From positions 408-64,407 of the forward strand of contig JAOTXX010000013.1 in NCBI GenBank assembly GCA_029862185.1: 64,000 bases of DNA, written 5' to 3'. Position 1 is the first letter of the stretch, and every line of letters starts with the position of its first letter. The position numbers and the translations under genes were made by a program. Source of the DNA: Myxococcales bacterium (GTDB lineage: Bacteria; Myxococcota_A; Polyangia; Polyangiales; Houyiibacteriaceae). The notes beneath the pieces are model-generated. The model made no database searches. It saw only the letters and a program-made list of their open reading frames with translations, and was not told the origin of the DNA. Below, piece after piece: positions 46,235-55,457 of the stretch.

Positions 46235-47280
46235 TGGTTTCGATTCGGCAGAAGCTGCTCGGCTGGTACGACGAGACGGCCCGCGATCTTCCTTGGCGGC
46301 AGACGCGCGACCCTTACGCAATTTGGGTGTCCGAAGTCATGCTTCAACAGACACGTGTCGACACGGTGATCCCCTATTATGAGCGCTTCCTGGCGAGCTT
46401 TCCTACTCCGAAAGACTTGGCGGACGCGGACGAAGACGCCGTGCTCTCGCACTGGAGCGGCCTCGGTTACTACCGACGTGCGCGTTTGCTCCACGCCGGC
46501 GTCCGGGAAGTCGTCGCGCAGTACGGCGGACAGGTCCCCGAGGATGCCGAAGCGCGGCGTGCTTTGCCGGGCGTGGGACGCTACACCGCGGGCGCCATCG
46601 GCAGCATAGCCTTCGATAAAGAAGAGCCCATCGTCGACGGAAATGTGACGCGCGTTCTCGCGCGCCTCTTTCGAATCAGCACGCCCGTCGGCTCCTCGGT
46701 GACCAGCAAACGCGTCTGGGAAGAGGCCGCGCGTTTGGTCCCGGGCGCAAGACCCGGGGTCTTCAATCAGGCCTTGATGGAGCTCGGCGCGACGGTCTGC
46801 ACGCCCAAGCAACCGAGCTGCGAGTCCTGCCCGGTTGCTGAACATTGCGACGCGCGCGCACAGGGCGAAGTCGACGCGCTCCCCGTTCCGCGCGTGCGAA
46901 AAGCGCCCGACCAGGTGAAGCTCGCCGCCGTGGTGGCGACGCAGGGCCGCGGGCCGGAGGCGCGCGTCTGGCTCCTTCGAAGCGAGCAGAGCTTGTTTGC
47001 GGGGCTCTGGGGCTTGCCGATGATCCCGAGAAGCGCGTTCGACCTGAGCGATGCGCGAGGAGCGCTTCGGGACGCAGGGATTTCGGCAAGCTTGGGCCGG
47101 GAACCAATTGGACAGCTGCACCACGTGCTGACGCACCGTCGAATGCAGATCGACGTCTTCCGGGCGACGGGAGCAAAGGCCGAGACCTCGGAGACGCGAC
47201 GGCTTTTCCGAACCGATGACCTAGTGAGCGTCGGCGTTTCCACATTGACCAAGAAGCTCTTGGCTTCGGCGCTTTCCTAG
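46234..47280 (+). CDS. mutY: A/G-specific adenine DNA glycosylase
   Basis: WYDETARDLPWRQTRDPYAIWVSEVMLQQT, an HhH-GPD region, the 4Fe-4S motif CTPKQPSCESCPVAEHC and a C-terminal NUDIX-like domain are present. The ATG shares one base with the E2 stop (TGATG). Confidence 0.92.
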   Translation: MVSIRQKLLGWYDETARDLPWRQTRDPYAIWVSEVMLQQTRVDTVIPYYERFLASFPTPKDLADADEDAVLSHWSGLGYYRRARLLHAGVREVVAQYGGQVPEDAEARRALPGVGRYTAGAIGSIAFDKEEPIVDGNVTRVLARLFRISTPVGSSVTSKRVWEEAARLVPGARPGVFNQALMELGATVCTPKQPSCESCPVAEHCDARAQGEVDALPVPRVRKAPDQVKLAAVVATQGRGPEARVWLLRSEQSLFAGLWGLPMIPRSAFDLSDARGALRDAGISASLGREPIGQLHHVLTHRRMQIDVFRATGAKAETSETRRLFRTDDLVSVGVSTLTKKLLASALS

Positions 47281-47359
47281 CGATCCAGCTCCACTGGGTC
47301 GCGTCCGTCAGCCTGCAGCGGATTAGCCCCCCGGGCCCTCCAGCCGATACACTTGCTCG

Positions 47360-48250
47360 GTGGGTGTTCTTGCGTATCAGGGCGTAACCAAGCGTTTTGG
47401 GCGGCACACAGCGCTCGACCGGGTGTCGCTCGAAGTGAGGAGCGGCGAGGTCTTTGGCCTCCTTGGACCGAACGGTGCCGGAAAGACGACCCTGATCCGA
47501 ATCGGGCTCGACATCCTTCGTGCCGATGAGGGCGAAGTGTCGCTCTTTGGTGCCCCGCCGACTCCGCGTAATCTCGATCGCACAGCCTATCTTCCCGAGG
47601 AACGCGGCGTGTATCGTCGCGCCAAGGTGCGCGAGCTTCTCGCCTACCTGGGGCGGCTCAAGGGCATGAAGCGCGCGGCCGCTCGTGACGCCGGGGACCA
47701 TTGGCTCGAGCGCGTCGGCCTCAGCGAGGTCGCGGACCAGCGCGTCGAAAGTCTTTCAAAAGGCATGACGCAGAAGGTTCAGATCGCTGCCTGCCTCATG
47801 ACCGATCCCGAGCTCTGCGTTCTGGACGAGCCATTTTCGGGCTTGGATCCCGTCAACGTCGCCCTCGTCACCGAGCTGATCGAAGAGCGCCGGCGAAGCG
47901 GTCGAACCACGCTCTTGTCGACCCACATGATGCACCAAGTCGAGGCGCTTTGTGATCGCGTCGCCCTCATCCATCGTGGAGCCCTGGTGGTGTACGGCCA
48001 GCTCGACGAGATTCGCCGGCGCTACTCACCTCACGAGGTGATGATCTGGACGACGATGGACCTCGTCTCACTCGGCCTGGAGGCCACGCAGCGCACGGCA
48101 GGGTGCTGGCGTGTGGAGTTGCCGGCGAGCGCCACTCCTGCGGGATACTTGAACGAGCTCGTCCGAAACGGCGTCTTGGTTGATCGCTACGAACCATTGG
48201 TGGCTCGCATGGATGAGATTTTCGTCCATCTGGTGAACGGAGGTAGCTGA
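47360..48250 (+). CDS. ABC transporter ATP-binding protein (NatA/ABC-2 type)
   Basis: Walker A GPNGAGKTT, signature LSKGMTQKV and Walker B LCVLDEPFSGLD are present. GTG start. Confidence 0.9.
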   Translation: MGVLAYQGVTKRFGRHTALDRVSLEVRSGEVFGLLGPNGAGKTTLIRIGLDILRADEGEVSLFGAPPTPRNLDRTAYLPEERGVYRRAKVRELLAYLGRLKGMKRAAARDAGDHWLERVGLSEVADQRVESLSKGMTQKVQIAACLMTDPELCVLDEPFSGLDPVNVALVTELIEERRRSGRTTLLSTHMMHQVEALCDRVALIHRGALVVYGQLDEIRRRYSPHEVMIWTTMDLVSLGLEATQRTAGCWRVELPASATPAGYLNELVRNGVLVDRYEPLVARMDEIFVHLVNGGS

Positions 48251-48253
48251 GGT

Positions 48254-49528
48254 ATGCGCGTCCACCGGATTGCCGCCGTCGCGCGATTCGAGTTTCTGTC
48301 GGTCGTCAAGCGCTGGTCGTACTTGCTGGCGACCTTTGGTCTACCTCTTTTCCTCGCTGCGGTTTCGGGCACCGTTCTCGGCGTGCAAACCTACTTTCTT
48401 TCGCAGCGCGCGGCGGAGAGCTCGCAGTTCGGTTTGGTCGATGAAGCCAAGGTCATCGATCGTTCGTCGTTCGTCGAGCAGAACGGCGAGCTGCGCTGGA
48501 AGGCGAACGAGAAGGCCGACGAGGTGCTGCTCTACGACAATCGCGACGCAGCCCGCAAGGATCTCGATTCGGGCGCCCTGCGTGCGCTGTACATCATCGA
48601 ACATGACTACCTCGCGACTGGGAAGGTGCGTGCCATCGAGTCGGAGAAGACCCCGCTCTTGAGCATGCGGGGGACCTCGATCGAGCCAGTGCTTCGAAAG
48701 CTCCTCCGAAAGTCGCTCATCGAAGGACGCCTCGAAGGCGACCTGCATCAGCGCGTGCTCTCGCCGGCCTACTTCGTGCGCAGCCGGCTCGGCCCTGGGG
48801 GCGAAGAGGTGGTTGACCTCGACGAGACCCTCGACCTCCTCGTCCGCACGACGATTCCCCTGTTCTTGGGAGTTCTCTTGCTCACGGCGCTGCTGAGTGC
48901 TTCGGGGTATCTCGTGCAGACCGTTTCGACTGACAAGGAGAGCAAGATCGTCGAAGTTCTGCTCTCTTCGGTGACGCCGGAGGAAATTCTGGCGGGTAAG
49001 CTCTTTGGTCTCGGCACGGCGGGTCTCATCCAATTCGCGGTCTGGTCGACGATGGTCGTCTTCGTAGCGATCACGGCGTCGGCTGCGCTTGCGGCGTTCG
49101 TGTCGATTCCCTGGGGAGCGTTGGCGGTCGCCCCGATCTTGTTCGTCTTGGGCTACCTCTTCCTCGGAAGCCTGATGCTTGCGACCGCTGCGCTCGGCGC
49201 GAACTCAGCCGAAAGTCAGAAGCTCACCCTGGGCTGGGCAATGCTCGCGATTCTTCCGCTGATGGTTCTCGTGATCCTTCTCGAGGATCCCCATGGCATC
49301 CTCGGCCAAGCGATGACTTGGATTCCGTTCACATCGCCGTTAACCGTAATCATCCGCCTTTCGGTCGACGCCTCGGGCATCGCCTGGTGGGAGGTGCTTG
49401 GCTCGATGCTGGTCTTGTTGATCTCGACGTGGCTGTCGATTCGCGTGGGGGCGCGGCTGTTTCGAGTCGGGTTCCTGCTGACCGGAACGATGCCGTCGCT
49501 GGCGGAGCTTTGGCGTCAAGCCCGCTAG
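48254..49528 (+). CDS. ABC-2 family transporter permease (NatB-like)
   Basis: 424 aa with an N-terminal TM, a large extracytoplasmic loop and a C-terminal 5-TM bundle. It starts 3 nt after the ATPase stop. Confidence 0.75.
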   Translation: MRVHRIAAVARFEFLSVVKRWSYLLATFGLPLFLAAVSGTVLGVQTYFLSQRAAESSQFGLVDEAKVIDRSSFVEQNGELRWKANEKADEVLLYDNRDAARKDLDSGALRALYIIEHDYLATGKVRAIESEKTPLLSMRGTSIEPVLRKLLRKSLIEGRLEGDLHQRVLSPAYFVRSRLGPGGEEVVDLDETLDLLVRTTIPLFLGVLLLTALLSASGYLVQTVSTDKESKIVEVLLSSVTPEEILAGKLFGLGTAGLIQFAVWSTMVVFVAITASAALAAFVSIPWGALAVAPILFVLGYLFLGSLMLATAALGANSAESQKLTLGWAMLAILPLMVLVILLEDPHGILGQAMTWIPFTSPLTVIIRLSVDASGIAWWEVLGSMLVLLISTWLSIRVGARLFRVGFLLTGTMPSLAELWRQAR

Positions 49529-49546
49529 GACCAGCGGGGCGCAGCT

Positions 49547-50215
49547 CTACTCAAAGGGTGCTGGTACGGGGAGCTCGAGCTCTTCGATGAGCTCACCGGT
49601 CGTCGCCACGGCCGCCGAATAGGCCGACATGCGCATCGCGGCGAAATCCAGAACCACGAACGACTGCTCATCCTTGCGGTGAATCGTTCCGGCATTGACC
49701 ACTGTGAGCCCGGGAAACACGCGGACCATTCTGTGGTGGGTGTGACCGCCGATCATGAACTGAATCTCGTCGTCCAGCATCAGCTCCCGAAGCGTTGGCA
49801 TGTCTTGGAGGGCGTAGCCGCGGGTATCGGGCAGAAGCCAGGCTTCATCGTCTTCGCCGACGCCGTGGCAGAGCAGCGCCTCTCCCGCCTGGGTAGAGTA
49901 TCGGCGCGTTCGCGGAAGCGCTTCGATGAACGCGCGTGATGCGTCGCTGATCACGAGGGTGGCGTTCTCGAGAGACCGCTGCTCGCCCGACAGAAGCCAG
50001 CGTTCGTGGTTGCCAGCGACGCATTGGACACCTCGCGCCTCCAGCAAGCCGAGGGTCGTATCCGCATCGCCGTGACCATCGACCAAATCACCGACGCAGA
50101 GAACCGCCTCGACGTTCATCGAGTCGAGGGCATCGAGCGCGCGCTCTAACGTTTCAGCCTCGCAGTGGACGTCGCCGATCACCCCCAACCGGCCGAGCTT
50201 GCCCGTCTCGCTCAC
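49547..50215 (-). CDS. Calcineurin-like metallophosphoesterase
   Basis: The motifs GDVHCE, GDLVDGHGD, GNHE and GGHTH appear in canonical order. Confidence 0.8.
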   Translation of the reverse strand: MSETGKLGRLGVIGDVHCEAETLERALDALDSMNVEAVLCVGDLVDGHGDADTTLGLLEARGVQCVAGNHERWLLSGEQRSLENATLVISDASRAFIEALPRTRRYSTQAGEALLCHGVGEDDEAWLLPDTRGYALQDMPTLRELMLDDEIQFMIGGHTHHRMVRVFPGLTVVNAGTIHRKDEQSFVVLDFAAMRMSAYSAAVATTGELIEELELPVPAPFE

Positions 50216-50298
50216 GGCTCAAACTTAGGTGCTTTTCCCCGCCTGGCCAAGAAGTACGCGACTGGTGCTCACGGGCCTCCTGTTGTAGACCCGCTTCC

Positions 50299-51621
50299 AT
50301 GCTCGACCTGCGCCATGTGAGCGAGAATCTGCCGGAGGTGAAGGCGGCCCTGACGCGCCGCGGTTTCGCCGACGCAGAGCTGCTGGATCGACTCGCGTCC
50401 CTCGCCGAAGAGCGGCGATCGGTCATCACCGAGGTCGAGGCGCTGCGACAAGAGCGAAACGAAGCAAGCCAGGCGATGGCAAAGGTCGCCGACAAGAAGT
50501 CCGACGAGTTTCAAACGAAGCGCGAGCAGCTCCGTAGCCTGGGTGACCAAATCAAGCGGCGCGAGTCGCGGCAAGGCGAAGTCGAGGCCGAGCTCGAATC
50601 GATCTTGCTCAACCTTCCGAACCTTCCTCATCCCAGCACTCCTGACGGCCTCATTGAAGACGAAAACGTCGAGCTCCGGGTTTGGGGTGACAGGCCGGCC
50701 TTCGACTTCGAAGTCGTGGATCACGTCGAGATCGGCACCAAGCTCGACATCCTAGACTTCGAGCGTGCCGCCAAGATCAGCGGCTCGCGTTTCGTCGTTC
50801 TCAAGGGTCTCGGCGCTCGCCTCAACCGAGCCTTGATGCAGTTCATGCTCGACGTTCACGGCACCGAACATGGATACGAAGAAGTCTGGCCGCCGGTGCT
50901 CGTCAAAGACAGCGCCATGCGCGGCACCGGCCAGCTACCAAAGTTCGCTAAAGACGCGTTCCGCATGGCAAAAGACGAAGAATGGGAAGCGCAGGCCGAG
51001 GCACAGGGGCACGACTTGTATCTCGTGCCGACCGCCGAAGTTCCAATCACCAATCTCCACGCAGGAGAGATTCTTCGTGGAGCTGACTTGCCGGTCGCTT
51101 ACACCGGATACACCGCCTGCTTTCGAAGCGAGGCGGGGAGCTACGGCAAAGACACGCGCGGCATGATTCGGGTTCATCAGTTCGACAAAGTCGAGCTCGT
51201 CCGGTTTTGTCATCCTGAACAAGGCGAGGCGGAGCTCGAAGCGCTCACCCATCACGCCGAATCGATCCTGCAGAAGCTCGGCCTGCACCATCGCGTCGTG
51301 CAGCTCTGCGCCGGAGACATGGGGTTTGCGGCGCAGAAGTCTTACGATCTGGAAGTCTGGCTGCCGGCGCAGAACAACTACCGAGAGATTTCGAGCTGTT
51401 CTTGGTTTGGAGACTTCCAGGCGCGGCGAATGCAGGCCCGATTCCGGCCGGAAGAAAAGGCCAAGCCGCGCTTCCTACACACACTGAACGGGTCGGGCCT
51501 TGCGATCGGCCGGACGCTCGTCGCGATTCTAGAGCAGAATCAACAAGCCGACGGCAGCGTGCTCATTCCTGAAGCGTTGCGCCCGTACATGGCTGGCCTG
51601 AAAAGAATCTCAGCGGCCTAG
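50299..51621 (+). CDS. serS: Seryl-tRNA synthetase
   Basis: N-terminal coiled-coil arm, class II motif 2 CFRSEAGSYGKDTRGMIRVHQFDKVE, and motif 3 TLNGSGLAIGRTLVAILE. Confidence 0.95.
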   Translation: MLDLRHVSENLPEVKAALTRRGFADAELLDRLASLAEERRSVITEVEALRQERNEASQAMAKVADKKSDEFQTKREQLRSLGDQIKRRESRQGEVEAELESILLNLPNLPHPSTPDGLIEDENVELRVWGDRPAFDFEVVDHVEIGTKLDILDFERAAKISGSRFVVLKGLGARLNRALMQFMLDVHGTEHGYEEVWPPVLVKDSAMRGTGQLPKFAKDAFRMAKDEEWEAQAEAQGHDLYLVPTAEVPITNLHAGEILRGADLPVAYTGYTACFRSEAGSYGKDTRGMIRVHQFDKVELVRFCHPEQGEAELEALTHHAESILQKLGLHHRVVQLCAGDMGFAAQKSYDLEVWLPAQNNYREISSCSWFGDFQARRMQARFRPEEKAKPRFLHTLNGSGLAIGRTLVAILEQNQQADGSVLIPEALRPYMAGLKRISAA

Positions 51622-51643
51622 AGAACGATTAGATGACGATTGG

Positions 51644-52690
51644 ATGACGACGCTCGAGATTGAACGCGACGTTTTGCTGGCTCCGCTCACCAGCTTGGAG
51701 CTCGGTGGGCCCGCGAAGTATTTCGTTCGCGTCACCCGTGAAACGACTCTCGTCGACGCGCTTCGTTGGGCGGCCAACAAACAAGTGCCGGCGGCGATCT
51801 TGGCTGGCGGTTCCAACCTCATCGTGCCCGATGAGGGCTACGAAGGGCTGGTCATTCAAATGGCGCTCGCCGAGCTCGATTTTCGTAGGGGCGGGACGGT
51901 GAGCGCCGGGGCCGGAGTCGCTTGGGAGAAGGTCGTGGATGGCGCGGTCGCCCGCGGCTGGGCAGGGCTCGAATGCCTCTCGGGGATACCCGGGTCCACC
52001 GGTGCGACGCCAATCCAGAATGTCGGAGCGTACGGTGTGGAAGTCGCCGAGGTGATTGCGCGGGTCCGTGTGCTGCGCCGCGACACCTTCGCGTTCGACG
52101 AGCTCGTCCCGGAAGACTGCGGCTTCGGGTATCGCGACAGCGTGTTCAAACGGGATCCAGATCGCTTCGTCGTATCTTCAGTCGACTTTGCCCTGCGCCC
52201 GAACGGCCCGGGAGCGGTTCGCTACGCCGAGCTCGAAAAGAACATCGTGCCCGACGCCACGCTTGCCGAGATCCGGAGTACCGTTCGGACCCTTCGCCGC
52301 CGGAAGTCGATGCTGATCGAACCCGACGATCCGAACCGCCGAAGCGCCGGTTCCTTTTTCCTCAATCCGGTCGTTGCCCCCGCGGATGCAGACCGCCTGG
52401 CCGAGCAGGCGGTCAACGAGAAGCTCGTGAGCGTTGCGAACGAAGTCCCGCGCTACCCGACCGAAGGTGCCCAGGTGAAGCTCGCGGCTGGATGGCTCAT
52501 CGAAAAAGCCGGGTTCGCGAAGGGCACCCGGCGCGGAGCGATCGGCGTGTCGAGCAAGCATGCCCTGGCGCTCGTCCACCATGGCGGTGGCACGACCGCC
52601 GAGCTGCTCGCCTTTGCCGACGAGATACGCGCACGTGTGCTCGATCGCTTCGGCGTGACACTCGAACGCGAGCCCCGACTGCTGATCTAG
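51644..52690 (+). CDS. murB: UDP-N-acetylenolpyruvoylglucosamine reductase
   Basis: FAD-binding domain (LGGPAKYFV, LAGGSNLIV) and C-terminal GSFFLNP are present. Confidence 0.92.
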   Translation: MTTLEIERDVLLAPLTSLELGGPAKYFVRVTRETTLVDALRWAANKQVPAAILAGGSNLIVPDEGYEGLVIQMALAELDFRRGGTVSAGAGVAWEKVVDGAVARGWAGLECLSGIPGSTGATPIQNVGAYGVEVAEVIARVRVLRRDTFAFDELVPEDCGFGYRDSVFKRDPDRFVVSSVDFALRPNGPGAVRYAELEKNIVPDATLAEIRSTVRTLRRRKSMLIEPDDPNRRSAGSFFLNPVVAPADADRLAEQAVNEKLVSVANEVPRYPTEGAQVKLAAGWLIEKAGFAKGTRRGAIGVSSKHALALVHHGGGTTAELLAFADEIRARVLDRFGVTLEREPRLLI

Positions 52691-52691
52691 A

Positions 52692-53840
52692 TCATTGCGC
52701 GAACGGGTCGCTGAGCGCCGGGTTGGTCAACAGGTCCTCGTCGGTCAGCGTGCGAAGGAAAGCAATGAGGTCTTGCTTTTCTTGTTCGGTAATCTCGAAA
52801 CCGTTCAGGAAGCTGCTCTTGTTGGGGTTGTCGAAGCCATCGCCGGCGTTGGGCCCGCTTTCGATCTCGCGGCCGCCGCGCGCGTAGTGATCAACCACCT
52901 CTTCGAGCGTGGCGATTGAGCCATCGTGCATGTAGGGGGCGGTAACCGCGATGTTGCGAAGGCTGGGCGGCTTGAATTTTCCCTTGTCGGCCGGGTCGTT
53001 CGTGATGTCGAAGAGCCCCTGATTGCCGTCCGGGTAGCTCCCGTCCGAGTCGAGCTTGTACAGGCCGTTGTTGATAAACGTCTGTTGATTGAATTCGCTG
53101 CCGTCGTGATCGACCGCCTGGGAGAGCAGGAAGCCCCCGTGACAGTGGAAGCATTCCAAGGCATCGGGCACGCCCGCCTCATTGGTGCCGCCGAAAAACA
53201 GTGCCTTGCCGCGTTGTTCGGACAAGGTCAGCGCGCTCGACCCTCGGTCGTGCTTCGAGTTGAAGCTGGTCAGCGCCCGCTGAAACGAAGCGATCGATTT
53301 GGTGATGCTGTCCAAGCTGATCGGGTCGGCCTCTTTCGGGAAAGCCTCGGCAAACATGTCTGGATATCGCTCGTCCTCGCGTATCCGGCGGAGAAGCTCA
53401 TCTTCCATGTTGGCCATCCCGAGCTCGACCGGGTCCTCACCGAACATCGGCACCAGCGCTTGCTCTTCGAGGCGAACGACGGCCGGGTTTGCCCAGGTCA
53501 GGGACGCCGCGTAACCGGAATTGGCCACGCTCATCGAGCTTCGGGGATGAATCTCACCCGTCGAGCCTTCGGCCTGGGCCAGCCCGTCAGTGAACGCCAG
53601 CTCTTGACGATGACAGCTTCCGCAGCTCTGGGTTTGGTTCGCGGAGAGCTTCGTGTCGTAGAACAGAAAGCGACCAAGCTCGACCTTTGCCTCAGACATC
53701 GGGTTGTCCTCGGGAACGCGCGGCGGAGGCACGGTGTCCGGAAGGTTCCAGACCCATGCCCCGGACGCGGTGTCGCTGTCACCGCATCCGGCCCCGAAGA
53801 GCAATGGCAACAAGATAAGGGTGTGAGGGAGGTGTTTCAT
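52692..53840 (-). CDS. mbnH: MbnH-like di-haem cytochrome c peroxidase / MauG-family enzyme
   Basis: Start taken at ATG 53840 (MKHLPHTLILLPLLFGAGC). Two haem c motifs are present, CGSCH and CFHCH. Overall it resembles the CCP/MauG family, and it lies downstream of an MbnP-like gene. Confidence 0.85.
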   Translation of the reverse strand: MKHLPHTLILLPLLFGAGCGDSDTASGAWVWNLPDTVPPPRVPEDNPMSEAKVELGRFLFYDTKLSANQTQSCGSCHRQELAFTDGLAQAEGSTGEIHPRSSMSVANSGYAASLTWANPAVVRLEEQALVPMFGEDPVELGMANMEDELLRRIREDERYPDMFAEAFPKEADPISLDSITKSIASFQRALTSFNSKHDRGSSALTLSEQRGKALFFGGTNEAGVPDALECFHCHGGFLLSQAVDHDGSEFNQQTFINNGLYKLDSDGSYPDGNQGLFDITNDPADKGKFKPPSLRNIAVTAPYMHDGSIATLEEVVDHYARGGREIESGPNAGDGFDNPNKSSFLNGFEITEQEKQDLIAFLRTLTDEDLLTNPALSDPFAQ

Positions 53841-53883
53841 GTTCGGGTGTGACGGAGTCGTACCGTGGGGCCGAGCAAGAAGC

Positions 53884-54711
53884 TCACTCGGCGGAGAAAA
53901 ATTGCTGTGTGCCGGCGGGGGTCCCACCAAAGGGCAGCCCTAGGTTGGCGAACAGGGGTCCGCAATCCGTGTCGGCAGGTTTCGCCATGCAGCCCGCATC
54001 GGCCGCTTCGTTTTGGTCTAGGGCTGCGCCTTCGACGAGGGCCTCGTAATCCGCAACGACCGTATTCACGCTTGGATCGAATGAAGCGAACTCGACCGTG
54101 ACACGGTTGCCATTAGCGCATTCTGTTACACCGCCAGCCATCGCGTCGCCTACACAGCCGGTGCTGCCGAGGTGCATGCGCCAGTCGGTTTCGCTGAACT
54201 GCCCCGAATCGATTCGGAGGAACTTGTAGCCACCCTGCCAGTTCCAGAAAAGTGAAGTGAGGTTCAATGGGCTCGGCGCGGTGGAATGGTTCACGTGGTT
54301 CATTTCGAAGGGCACCCCCATCGTGAAGCGAAGGCCGTCGTACTCCCCCGCCGGCAACGAACCCGTCACCAGGCCATTGAGGTCCTCATTGCCCATCGAG
54401 GCGCAGTCCTCAAAGTCGAGCAAAGCGACGCCCGTGGTCTGGAACTCGTTCTCATCGAGCTCCACGGGAATCCACGCACCGGCCGCGTTCTTCATGTCGA
54501 CGTTTTGCACGTAGAAGCGGAAGTCACTCAGTACAAGCGACGTGTCGTTCGCGCCGAGGTTGTCGTACCGATTGCCACAGACAAACGGTTGGTCGCCCAC
54601 GACGGCGGCATAGCTGATCTCGACCTGCTGCCTCGTGCTCGAGCTGTTCGAGTCGTCTCCGCATCCCAAACCCACGGCGCAAAGCGCCATCAGTGCCCCT
54701 AGTCTCTTCAT
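53884..54711 (-). CDS. mbnP: MbnP-like protein (the four-Cys partner of the 'metallo-mystery pair')
   Basis: Start taken at ATG 54711, preceded by AGGA (MKRLGALMALCAVGLGC lipobox). The pattern FVCGNRY..DFRFYVQNV..LLDFEDC..GLRFTMGVPFEMNH..LFWNWQGGYKFLRID..GSTGC..C matches the MbnP family as I recall it. Confidence 0.8.
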   Translation of the reverse strand: MKRLGALMALCAVGLGCGDDSNSSSTRQQVEISYAAVVGDQPFVCGNRYDNLGANDTSLVLSDFRFYVQNVDMKNAAGAWIPVELDENEFQTTGVALLDFEDCASMGNEDLNGLVTGSLPAGEYDGLRFTMGVPFEMNHVNHSTAPSPLNLTSLFWNWQGGYKFLRIDSGQFSETDWRMHLGSTGCVGDAMAGGVTECANGNRVTVEFASFDPSVNTVVADYEALVEGAALDQNEAADAGCMAKPADTDCGPLFANLGLPFGGTPAGTQQFFSAE

Positions 54712-54728
54712 TTCCTGCTCCGCGGCCT

Positions 54729-55457
54729 CTAGAGCCCGTCCTCCACATTCGGAAGGACAGCCTGCAACGACGACCGTACGTTCTCGATTATCCGTTGTTG
54801 CACTGCGGTTGAGTTCTGCAGCGCAAAATCGATGCCATCGAACCACTTCGTGTGGTCGATTCGGATGGAGACGCTCTCGACGACCGGTCCGTCGAACACC
54901 AGCGGGCGGTCGAACCGCATCTCGCAAGCAAGGATCTCCCAAATCTGGGCGAGGAGAGCCGTTTGGTCCTCGCCCGCCTCGTCCTCGACGCGTCCCGCGA
55001 CGACGACGCTGTTCCGCGTCATGTCCAGGTTTTCGTCGGTCAATCCCTCCGCATCCTGGTCAGCGGGCATCCCGATGACGCGAATCCCGCAGTAGCGCCC
55101 TGGAGGCGGGCGCAGGGTTCCGGCAAAGAGCGGAACTCCGGCGCTTTCCATGAGATCGATCACCAGCGGGACGCCTAGACTCGTCGGCGACGAAAACTCG
55201 TGGGCTTTCGCCCTCGCAGCCGTGACAAAATTCCAGAGATCCAGGACAAAATTGTCGCAACGGATCAGCTCGACCCTGCCAATCGCGATCATCGCCCGCT
55301 CGAGCCTTACCCGGTAGCCTAGGTCGGTGCGGACCGCAGCCGGCATCGCGGCAGGCTTGTAGGCCACGTCGACCTCGATGCCGTCGGACACCCGCATGCA
55401 GTTTGGCAGCAGTGCCATGCTGAGGAGCATGGCTGCGATCAGGAGACTAAATCTCAT
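54729..55457 (-). CDS. Lipoprotein of unknown function
   Basis: MRFSLLIAAMLLSMALLPNC gives a signal peptide with a lipobox-like Cys. I recognise no motif. Its start overlaps the upstream barrel gene stop by 11 nt. Confidence 0.55.
   Translation of the reverse strand: MRFSLLIAAMLLSMALLPNCMRVSDGIEVDVAYKPAAMPAAVRTDLGYRVRLERAMIAIGRVELIRCDNFVLDLWNFVTAARAKAHEFSSPTSLGVPLVIDLMESAGVPLFAGTLRPPPGRYCGIRVIGMPADQDAEGLTDENLDMTRNSVVVAGRVEDEAGEDQTALLAQIWEILACEMRFDRPLVFDGPVVESVSIRIDHTKWFDGIDFALQNSTAVQQRIIENVRSSLQAVLPNVEDGL

Noticed and set aside
46138-47701. Minus-strand ORFs 46138..47136 (332 aa) and 46763..47701 (312 aa).
   Set aside because: They are antisense to mutY and to the ABC ATPase gene, and they are Arg/Ala/Pro/Ser-rich with no domains. 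I treat them as shadow ORFs.
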